A DNA stretch of 21,220 bases, taken from positions 1 through 21,220 of the forward strand of contig NZ_BCZP01000046.1 of NCBI RefSeq assembly GCF_001598795.1, written 5' to 3'. Each line of letters starts with the position of its first letter. Positions within the stretch are counted from its first letter, which is position 1. Below, piece by piece: positions 6,221 to 13,467 of this stretch. Both the position numbers and the translations under genes were made by a program. Below the pieces are notes generated by a model. The model was not told the DNA's origin. It saw only the letters and a program-made list of their open reading frames with translations, and ran no database searches. This DNA is from Delftia acidovorans NBRC 14950. Lineage in GTDB: Bacteria > Pseudomonadota > Gammaproteobacteria > Burkholderiales > Burkholderiaceae_C.

Positions 6221-9200
6221 ATGAGTGCGCCATTGCAGCGCCATCGTTGGCGCCTGTATGGTGCGGGCCTGCTTCTTTCGGCATCTGCCGGGGTATGGGC
6301 GCAGGTTCCCTTCAACGGCACCTACACGCAGGATTTCGACACCCTGGCCACGTCCGGGACGGGGCTGGCCTGGGCCAATAACAGCACCTTGCCGGGCTGG
6401 TTTCTCTTCAACAAGAACCTGGCATCCATCACCTCTTACGTCGCTGGCAATGGGGCCTCCAACACCGGCAGCTTCTACAGCCTGGGGCTGAGCACGGACC
6501 GCGCCTTGGGGGGCGTGGCATCTGGCGGGGCCTACTTTGGCAGCCCGGCCCAGGGCGCTGTAGCGGGTTGGATTGCGCTGGCGGTGCGCAATGACACGGG
6601 TGGCTCGGTCGATGGCATCACCTTGCGATTCAACGGCGAGCAATGGCGCAACGGTGGCAATACGGAACGGCAGCCCATGGTGCTGGAGTACGGCATGGGA
6701 GCCAGCTTTGCCGACGTGCCTGAATGGCTGCCTGCCGGTGCGAACTTCAATTGGCAATCGCCTGTTGCCACCGGCACTGCTGCCGCCGTGGACGGCAATG
6801 TGGCCGGCCGGGTGAACAATGTGGGCGGTGATCTGCGCGGCCTGGGCTGGGCGCCAGGTGCCACGCTGTGGCTGCGTTGGGTAGAGCTCAATGATGTGGG
6901 CAACGACCACGGCCTGGCCATTGATGACGTCTCCATCACGCTGGCGCTGCCCGACACCACGGCGCCCACGCTGCAGGCAAGCATTCCCGCAGCGGCGGCG
7001 ACCGGGGTGGCGCTGAATCCCGAAATCAAGCTGAGTTTCGATGAGGCGGTGAAGCCCGGTAGCGGCAGCTTCGAACTGCGCCAGGGCGCCACGGTGGTGG
7101 CAACGCTGCAGGCTGGCGATGCGGCGCAGGTGAAATTCAGTGGCTCGACCATCACGCTCAACGCGGGTGTGCGGCTGGCGGTCAATACGCCCTATAGCCT
7201 GGTTTCCGTGGGCGAGCCGGTGTTGGATACCTCGGGCAATGCGTGGACCGGCACAACGCTGGGCTTCACGACAGGAGACGAGCCGCCGGTCACCAGGATT
7301 TCTGCGGTCCAGGGCTCTGGCGATCAGTCTCCTCTGGTGGGGCAGAAGGTGACGGTGAGTGCCGTGGTGACGGCCTATATGCCTGGACTGAGCGGCTTTT
7401 TCGTGCAGGAAGAGGCGGCAGACTCCGATGGCGATGCTGCTACCTCGGAGGGCGTCTTTGTCTACTACGGCAACGCCAATCCTGGCGTGGACGAGAGCAC
7501 GGTGGGCAAGCTGGTGCAGATTTCCGCCTCGGTGAGCGAGTTCCGCAATCAGACCCAGCTCAGCTCCATCACGGACTTCGTGGTCCGCGGCGCGGCGGCC
7601 TTGCCGGAGCCGGTGCGCATCGCACTGCCTGTCAGCGACATGGGGCAATGGGAACGTCTGGAAGGCATGCGTGTGGAGGTGGCATCCGCCACCGCAGGCG
7701 GCAAGCTGGTGGTGAGCGACAACCGCACGCTGGGCCGCTACGGCAATGTCACGCTGTCTGCCGATACGCCGTTGGCGCAGTACACCGAAGTCAACGCTCC
7801 CAGCGTGGCGGGCTATGCAGCCTACGTGCAGACGCTGCAGCGCAGCCAGATCATTCTCGATGATCGCTCGGGGGCCCAGAATCCCGAGTTCGTGCCGGGT
7901 CGTGGCGGCTTGCCGCTGTCGGCGTCCAACACGCTGCGCGCTGGCGATGGCGTGGACCGCGTCATCGGCGTGCTCGACCAGTTCTTTGATGCTGCCGCCA
8001 GCGAGCCCTATCTGACCAGCTACCGCGTGCAGCCCACGCAGACGCCGCAGTTCACGGGAGCCGCGCGACCTTCAGCCGCCGAATTGCAGCAGGCCGTGGG
8101 AGCGGCCACGCTCAAGATCGCATCGGCCAACGTTCTCAATTTCTTCAACCTGACCGGCGCCACAAGCGGCTCTTCCCAGGTGATGTTCAACACGCCGCTG
8201 GGCAACCAGCAGGGCATTCGCGGCGCCAACAGCATTGCCGAGCTGGACAGGCAGCGCGCCAAGATCGTGGCCAATCTGCTGGGGCTGGGCGCCGATGTGT
8301 ACGGCCTGATGGAGGTGCAGAACAATGGCTTTGGCCCGGGCAGCGCCATCCAGGATCTGGCCGACGCCTTGAATGCGAGTGCCGACAAGCCTGCCGGTGC
8401 CGTGTATGCGGTGGTCAAGGCGCCCTTCAGTGAGGCTGCAGGCACGGTGCCAGGTGCGGGCACGGTGCCAGGTGCGGGCACGGATGCCATTACCGTGGCC
8501 ATCGTCTATCGCAGCGACCGCGTCACGCCGATGGGCAGCGCAGCGGCACCCAATGTCTCTACCTACGATGCCTTCAACGGAAGCATCGGCGGAGCCCGGG
8601 TGCCGATTGCGCAGACCTTTGCCGTGGGCGGCAGCACGGAGCAGTTCACGCTGGTGGTGAACCATTTCAAATCCAAGGGCAGCGTGCTCGGTGGCGCAGG
8701 CAATGCGGACGTGCTCGACGGCCAGGGCGCCAACAACGCGGCGCGCGTGAAGACGGCCCAGCAACTGAGCAACTGGCTGGCAACCCGGCCCACAGGCGCG
8801 ACCAGCCCCCACGTGGTGCTGGTGGGCGATTTCAACGCCTATGCGAAGGAAGACCCCATCACCACGTTGGAGACCGGCGGCTATGTCAAGGTCTCCCAGG
8901 GGCTGTCCTATGCATTCGACGGAATGTGGGGTTCGCTGGACCATGTGCTGGTGAGCACCAGTCTGCAGCCCAGCGTGGGGCGTGCGGTCAAGTGGGCCAT
9001 CAATGCCGAGGAGCCCGAGGTGCTCGACTACAACGTCGAGTTCAAGTCGCTCGATCAGCAGGCCAGCTTCTATGCGCCCACTGCCTATCGTTCCAGTGAC
9101 CACAACCCCATTCTCCTGGGCCTGAATTTCGGTGGCCGGGCGCCCTCGTTCAGTGGCGTGCCTGCCAATGCGCAGGCGGTGGTGGTGGGGCAGGCGGCCG

Positions 9201-10006
9201 ATCTGGCGGACGTGGTGGTGGCCGATGCCGACAGCCCCGTCGTCACACTGTCCATCGTCGCCAGCGGCGGACAGGTGCTGGGCCTGGAGGATGCAGATGC
9301 TGCACAGCCCGGCATACAACTGCGCGGCAGCCCCGAACAGGTGTCGCAGCAATTGCGCGCCGCCATGTACATGGCTTCGGTAGCCGGCCCGGCCAGCCTG
9401 CAACTGAGCGTGAGCGATGGTGTCCATGCGGCTGTGACTGCCAGCTATCCGCTGCTGGCGACCGCAGCGGGCGCGGTGGACCCGGCCAATCGATTCAACA
9501 TCACCGGAGCAAGCCAGATTGCGGTTGCGGGCGAGGTCGTGGGCGGTGGCGCCAACTGCCGCTTGGCCGAGCCGCCGCAGGTCGTGGCGGCGCCGGGTAC
9601 TCCACGTCCTGGGGCGATGGTGCCACACGGGCTGTTGAAGCTCAATACCGATGGCTGTGATGCGGGTGCGCTCGTGACGGTCAGGCTGACCTATCCGAAC
9701 GATTTGCCCAGTGGTGCTGAATACTGGAAGTGGGGCCGCACGGCAGATAACACCACGCAGCACTGGTACCGCATACCTGCAACGCTGCAGGGTCGCGTCG
9801 TCTCCTTCGTGCTGCGCGATGGCGGCCTGGGCGATGACGATCTTCTGGCCAATGGCCGTGTGGAAGATCCTTCGGCTCTGGTGCTGCCTGCAGCGGTCGG
9901 TGGCGGCACGCCGGCGGCGATTCCGTCACTGAGCGAGTGGGCGGTCGCGCTGCTGAGCCTGATGATGGGTGGACTGGCCATCCGTCTGCGCCGCCGCAAA
10001 CCTTGA
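6221..10006 (+). CDS. ExeM/NucH-family extracellular endonuclease (EEP domain) with Ig-like domain, choice-of-anchor-type domain and IPTL-CTERM sorting tail
   Basis: The signal peptide from ATG 6221 is MSAPLQRHRWRLYGAGLLLSASAGVWAQ. The ExeM-type block is ISAVQGSGDQSPLVGQKVTV...GFFVQEE...VSEFRNQTQL. EEP motifs are present (IASANVLNFF, GLMEVQN, VVNHFKSKG, LVGDFNAY, SLDHVLVS, SDHNPILLGL). The C-terminus IPSLSEWAVALLSLMMGGLAIRLRRRKP is an IPTL-type motif, a TM segment and a basic tail. Alternative upstream starts lie at 6134 and 6170. Confidence 0.85.
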   Translation: MSAPLQRHRWRLYGAGLLLSASAGVWAQVPFNGTYTQDFDTLATSGTGLAWANNSTLPGWFLFNKNLASITSYVAGNGASNTGSFYSLGLSTDRALGGVASGGAYFGSPAQGAVAGWIALAVRNDTGGSVDGITLRFNGEQWRNGGNTERQPMVLEYGMGASFADVPEWLPAGANFNWQSPVATGTAAAVDGNVAGRVNNVGGDLRGLGWAPGATLWLRWVELNDVGNDHGLAIDDVSITLALPDTTAPTLQASIPAAAATGVALNPEIKLSFDEAVKPGSGSFELRQGATVVATLQAGDAAQVKFSGSTITLNAGVRLAVNTPYSLVSVGEPVLDTSGNAWTGTTLGFTTGDEPPVTRISAVQGSGDQSPLVGQKVTVSAVVTAYMPGLSGFFVQEEAADSDGDAATSEGVFVYYGNANPGVDESTVGKLVQISASVSEFRNQTQLSSITDFVVRGAAALPEPVRIALPVSDMGQWERLEGMRVEVASATAGGKLVVSDNRTLGRYGNVTLSADTPLAQYTEVNAPSVAGYAAYVQTLQRSQIILDDRSGAQNPEFVPGRGGLPLSASNTLRAGDGVDRVIGVLDQFFDAAASEPYLTSYRVQPTQTPQFTGAARPSAAELQQAVGAATLKIASANVLNFFNLTGATSGSSQVMFNTPLGNQQGIRGANSIAELDRQRAKIVANLLGLGADVYGLMEVQNNGFGPGSAIQDLADALNASADKPAGAVYAVVKAPFSEAAGTVPGAGTVPGAGTDAITVAIVYRSDRVTPMGSAAAPNVSTYDAFNGSIGGARVPIAQTFAVGGSTEQFTLVVNHFKSKGSVLGGAGNADVLDGQGANNAARVKTAQQLSNWLATRPTGATSPHVVLVGDFNAYAKEDPITTLETGGYVKVSQGLSYAFDGMWGSLDHVLVSTSLQPSVGRAVKWAINAEEPEVLDYNVEFKSLDQQASFYAPTAYRSSDHNPILLGLNFGGRAPSFSGVPANAQAVVVGQAADLADVVVADADSPVVTLSIVASGGQVLGLEDADAAQPGIQLRGSPEQVSQQLRAAMYMASVAGPASLQLSVSDGVHAAVTASYPLLATAAGAVDPANRFNITGASQIAVAGEVVGGGANCRLAEPPQVVAAPGTPRPGAMVPHGLLKLNTDGCDAGALVTVRLTYPNDLPSGAEYWKWGRTADNTTQHWYRIPATLQGRVVSFVLRDGGLGDDDLLANGRVEDPSALVLPAAVGGGTPAAIPSLSEWAVALLSLMMGGLAIRLRRRKP
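8441..8483 (+). repeat. 18-bp in-frame tandem repeat (2.4 copies) inside the nuclease gene
   Basis: GGCACGGTGCCAGGTGCG occurs twice, followed by GGCACGG, and encodes GTVPGA-GTVPGA-GT. Confidence 0.9.
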
Positions 10007-10017
10007 TGCTGCTGTGA

Positions 10018-10054
10018 AAGCCCGGTCCGCACCACGTGCAGGCCGGGCTTTTTG
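10018..10054 (+). terminator. Rho-independent terminator of the nuclease gene
   Basis: The stem AGCCCGG...CCGGGCT is followed by TTTTG, about 12 nt after the stop codon. Confidence 0.7.
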
Positions 10055-10287
10055 CATTGGGGCAGGGGAAACTGCGGACAGGCATTTGCCCGACTGCGTG
10101 CAAGAGGGATAGGTGGGAGAGGATCTTGGTGTGCAACCGCAGGCCGATGCCTGATGATGGCCGGGCTGGGTGCGAAAGTGGCGCGTCTGCTGCTGCGGGC
10201 GCCGTCTCGGTGCAAGGAATGAGAGAGATATCCAGAAACGATCGTGCTTGAAAAAGAGCCTGGCTAACCGGCATACCGCTGGCTGGC

Positions 10288-10323
10288 AAAAACGACTGCA
10301 GGCTGAACTGGCCTGACGAGTCG
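10288..10323 (-). terminator. Candidate rho-independent terminator (minus strand) of an unannotated short transcript
   Basis: On the minus strand it reads CGACT-CGT-CAGGC-cagttca-GCCTG-C-AGTCG followed by TTTTT. Confidence 0.5.
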
Positions 10324-10494
10324 CCCCACGATGAAACTGAACTGCTGCAACACCATGAATGCTGCAGCATGGATTGAATGATATACGCAAACAAGAATCA
10401 TTCTCAAATAAACCTAGAACTTTCTCTGGAATTAGAAAAAGCTTGTGTTTTGCGGTTTTCGCCTGGTGGGCTGGTATCTGGCGTGGTGCCGCTC

Positions 10495-10531
10495 AAGAAA
10501 AAACGCCCCGGCTGCGGAGGCGGCCGGGGCG
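10495..10531 (-). terminator. Rho-independent terminator (minus strand), no CDS assigned
   Basis: On the minus strand, the stem CGCCCCGGC...GCCGGGGCG is followed by TTTTTTCTT. Confidence 0.65.
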
Positions 10532-10754
10532 CTGAATGGAGCGTTCCATGCGATCAATCCAGGAAGGACACATGCTAGGGGTTTTGAATGAGAGCGCTTG
10601 CGTCTGCGTCTCCGGTCCTTCCTGGTTGTCAAGTGTAAATTGAAACAAGGTGCTTGATGGGGTCAAAGCAGCCGAAGTTGCATGCATCTGAGCCGTAAAG
10701 CTGTTTTTTTGTACTCCGATGCAACCTCCTCAAGCCAAATGCGCCGTGCAATGC

Positions 10755-10784
10755 AAAAAGCCCGCTGTGGAGCGGGCTTTTTTT
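10755..10784. terminator. Bidirectional rho-independent terminator
   Basis: AAAAA-GCCCGCT-gtgg-AGCGGGC-TTTTTTT: a perfect 7-bp stem flanked by an A-run and a T-run. Confidence 0.75.
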
Positions 10785-10989
10785 CTGGGAATGTGGACGA
10801 TGGCTCTTACGCGACCATCGTTTTACGGCAGAACGTCTCTGCGGCTGTCACCGTTGTTTTTTTCGTCGTAGTGCACGACGCGCCGGCGTGAGATACAGCA
10901 TTGCCTGCGCAGACAACCACGGGATTATAGCAGAGGCAGAATTTGCCGCTGGAGCCATGGGCCTGTGTTGCCGCAGAAGGGGTTTGAAG

Positions 10990-11316
10990 ATGAATGAAAT
11001 GACGCAAAGGCTTGAGGGCCTGCTCGCATCCGGCAAGGACTCGGCCCTGCTGCGCTGTACCTTGGGCAAGACCTATCTTGAAAACGAGGCGCCTGAGGTG
11101 GCTCATTCACACCTGGAGCGGGCCATTGAACTCGATCCCGGCTATTCGGTGGCGTGGAAGCTGCTGGGCCGGGCATTGCTGGCGCTGGGCGACGCTGCTG
11201 GAGCGCGGCGGGCGTGGAATACGGGATTGGCCTGCGCGCAGCAGAAGGGGGACGCCCAGGTCGTAAAGGAGATTGGGGTGTTCCTCAAGCGCCTGGACAG
11301 GCAGCAGGCGGCCTGA
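10990..11316 (+). CDS. Small tetratricopeptide-repeat (TPR) protein
   Basis: 108 aa from the ATG at 10990, with GAAGGGG upstream. TPR-like helices are visible (LGKTYLENEAPEVAHSHLERAIELDPGYSVAWKLLGRALLALGDAAGARRAWNTGL). Confidence 0.7.
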   Translation: MNEMTQRLEGLLASGKDSALLRCTLGKTYLENEAPEVAHSHLERAIELDPGYSVAWKLLGRALLALGDAAGARRAWNTGLACAQQKGDAQVVKEIGVFLKRLDRQQAA

Positions 11317-11359
11317 GTCGAGACCCTGCGCAAGTGTGGTTGCGGGTGCGGAGCGGGAT

Positions 11360-11824
11360 TCACGCTTGCAAAAGAGCTTCCCTGGCCAAGGCGTCTGCCT
11401 CGGTGTTGCGGTGGCGGGGTATCCAGCGCAGTTGCACGTGCTCGAACCCGGTCAGCATGGTGCGGGCCTCGTCAAAGAGGTCTGCCAGGCGCGCGATGGG
11501 CTTGATGGGGCGTGGCGATGGAGTCAACTGCTCCACCAGGATGCTGCTGTCCGTGAAGATGGTCAGGCGGCGCGCCTGCAGGCCTTGTAGGGCCTGCAGC
11601 GCGGTCATCAGGGCGCGCAGTTCGGCTTCGTTGTTGCAGCCTCGCTCGGGGCAGGGCTCGGACAGAAGGTGGCGGCGTCCGTCGGGTGCGGTGATGACGG
11701 CGCCCATGGCCATGCGTCCGGGGTTGGGTACGGCGCTTGCATCAATGTAGGCAGTCCAGAGGTCTGCATCTGAGAGCGCGGGGGCGCAGGCGCTTGGGCG
11801 TAATGAGGGCTTTTCCAGAGGCAT
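11360..11824 (-). CDS. Ribonuclease H family protein
   Basis: 154 aa from the ATG at 11824. RNase H-like blocks are present: YIDASAV...[40 protein letters not shown] (a DEDD-type pattern). Confidence 0.8.
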   Translation of the reverse strand: MPLEKPSLRPSACAPALSDADLWTAYIDASAVPNPGRMAMGAVITAPDGRRHLLSEPCPERGCNNEAELRALMTALQALQGLQARRLTIFTDSSILVEQLTPSPRPIKPIARLADLFDEARTMLTGFEHVQLRWIPRHRNTEADALAREALLQA

Positions 11825-11925
11825 GCCTGCATCATGCGGCAGCGGTGGAGGTTCGGTCGCATTTCTTGTCGGATGGCGCGGGACAATGCAGGTCTGCAAA
11901 TCACCGAAACCGAAGAAGGCGGCGA

Positions 11926-12548
11926 ATGATCAGGATTCTGGGCAAGTCATCGTCCATCAATGTGCGCAAGGTGCTGTGGCTTTGCGTGGAGTTGGGAATT
12001 TCGTTCGACCAGGAGGAATGGGGTTCAGGCTATCGATCGACGCAGGAGCCTGGATTTCTGGCGCTCAATCCGAATGCGATGGTTCCCGTGCTGCTTGATG
12101 GACCGCTGGTGCTGTGGGAGTCCAATACCATCTGCCGCTACCTGGCGGCCCGCCATGACCGGTAGGACCTGCTGCCGGCAGCGCCCGCCGAGCGCGCGCT
12201 TGTCGAGCAGTGGATGGACTGGCAGGCCACCGAGCTGAACAATGCGTGGCGCTATGCCTTCATGGGGTTGGTGAGAAAAAGTCCGGAGCACCAAGACCCC
12301 GCGCAACTGGCTGGCAGCATGGCGAACTGGCATCGCCACATGCGCATTCTGGAAGACCAGTTGTCGCGCACCGGCGCCTTTGCTGCTGGCACGCAATTGA
12401 GCCTGGCCGATATCGTGCTGGGTCTGTCCACGCACCGCTGGATGTCGGCGCCTATGGAGCGCCCTGAATTGCCTGCAGTCCGCGCTACTACGAACGGCTT
12501 TGCGAGCGGCCGGGCTTTCGCCTGCATGGCGCCAACGGCATGCCTTGA
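11926..12548 (+). pseudogene. Glutathione S-transferase gene disrupted by an in-frame TAG (12163-12165) and a probable 1-nt deletion (~12484-12486)
   Basis: The N-terminal thioredoxin-like half ([18 protein letters not shown]...[15 protein letters not shown]) and the C-terminal half (DLLPAAPAERALVEQWMDWQATELNN...) are in the same frame, separated only by TAG. Near the end, shifting frame restores a GST-like tail (YYERLCERPGFRLHGANGMP*) that stops at 12546-12548. Confidence 0.7.
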
Positions 12549-12619
12549 TGGCGGTCTGGCGCCCTGCGTGACAAAGCCCGCCAGGTTTCCTGCGAGCTTT
12601 GGTTGTTGAAGGACTGGGG

Positions 12620-13054
12620 TCAGGGGGCGACGCGCACCAGCATCATGTCGGCCTTCGAGCCTGCACCACGGGTCAGGACCGGGTGGACGGTGTCATTGAT
12701 GAAGATGAGTTGGTTGCCCTGGGTAATGCGTGAGGTGACCGTGTACTGCGAGGCAGGATTCAGGCGGCTGGGCTCGACGGGCAGCTTGAAGCTGTAGGGC
12801 GGCTTGAGGCCTTCGAGCCGCATGGACTGCTGGGATATCACCGGGGCGGGAGCATCGGCGCGCGAGGTGTCCTGCAATTCGACGACCAGCACGGCATCGG
12901 GCGCAAGCGGAGCGGGCTCCCTCAGGTCAACCGTTCCCATGACCGCAGTGACGGGCGCATTGGGCGCCGGCTGGGTCTGGGCGCATGCACCCAACAGTGC
13001 TGCGGACATCACGAGGGCCAAGGCTGTGCGGCGCTGAAGGCTGTTGGAATTCAT
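12620..13054 (-). CDS. YbaY-like lipoprotein
   Basis: 144 aa from the ATG at 13054, preceded by AAGGAG. The signal peptide carries the lipobox LLGAC. YbaY-type blocks are present (VTAVMGTVDLREPAPLAPDAVLVVELQDTSRADAP..., YSFKLPVEPSRLNPASQYTVTSRI..GNQLIFINDT). Confidence 0.75.
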   Translation of the reverse strand: MNSNSLQRRTALALVMSAALLGACAQTQPAPNAPVTAVMGTVDLREPAPLAPDAVLVVELQDTSRADAPAPVISQQSMRLEGLKPPYSFKLPVEPSRLNPASQYTVTSRITQGNQLIFINDTVHPVLTRGAGSKADMMLVRVAP

Positions 13055-13270
13055 TGGAGCTCCTTCTTGATTTGGGAGTTCTAGTCTGGCCTGACGCGGC
13101 TTGAGGGGCTGTAGGAGCAGGCTCAACGCAAGCTGCTGCCATTTCCCAAAGTCGCATGGGCCGATCTGCTGGCTGGTTGCCAGTCTTGGAGGCAAGGGTG
13201 TGAAAGGTTTGTGCTCGTGCTGCGGGCGCTGCGCCGGCGACGCTCGGTTGAACACTTGCGATCTGCACAG

Positions 13271-13304
13271 ACAAAAGCCCCTGGCTCTTTCGAACCAGGG
13301 GCTT
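13271..13304 (-). terminator. Rho-independent terminator downstream of the tRNA-Pro 3' end
   Basis: On the minus strand, AAGCCCCTGG-ttcgaaagag-CCAGGGGCTT is followed by TTGT. It begins 9 nt beyond the CCA end. Confidence 0.75.
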
Positions 13305-13312
13305 GAATCATT

Positions 13313-13361
13313 TGGTCGGAGCGGCGGGATTCGAACTCGCGACCCTCTGCTCCCAAAGCAG
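13313..13361 (-). tRNA. tRNA-Pro(UGG) 3' fragment (anticodon stem to CCA); att remnant, not a complete gene
   Basis: The minus strand reads CTGC-TTTGGGA-GCAGA-GGGTC-GCGAG-TTCGAAT-CCCGC-CGCTCCG-A-CCA, giving a UGG anticodon loop, a T-arm and the acceptor 3' strand. No matching CGGAGCG 5' acceptor strand or D-arm is found upstream. One A-C mismatch occurs in the T-stem. Confidence 0.75.
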
Positions 13362-13467
13362 CCGGGCGAATTACTGAAATCAACGACTTGCACCGTTTTC
13401 TTCTAACGCACGCATCTGCAGATGTTGCTGTACGCCATAGGCAGCGCAGAGGCGCGTTAGAAGAATT

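Noticed and set aside
6086-9763. Long minus-strand ORFs (6086-7648, 520 aa; 8072-9763, 563 aa) opposite the nuclease gene
   Set aside because: These are antisense shadows of the ExeM/NucH gene. Their composition is Arg/Gly/His/Ala-rich, they have no motifs, and the plus-strand frame has clear domain signatures.
10376-10403. Fur box
   Set aside because: The two half-sites (GAATGAT and ATCATTC) resemble Fur hexamers but are separated by 14 nt instead of forming the contiguous 19-bp consensus. They are kept only as an unspecified operator-like inverted repeat in the sRNA-candidate finding.
10560-10700. SRP (4.5S) RNA or 6S RNA in the gene-free stretch
   Set aside because: There are superficial resemblances (AAGCAGCC, CCAGGAAGGA). 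However, the conserved SRP domain-IV sequence GGUCCGGAAGGAAGCAGCC and the 6S RNA architecture are not reproduced.
13313-13389. Complete tRNA-Pro gene
   Set aside because: The 5' 28 nt expected for a full tRNA (acceptor strand CGGAGCG and the D-arm) are absent. The sequence there (AAGTCGTTGATTTCAGTAATTCGCCCGG on the minus strand) cannot fold into a cloverleaf.
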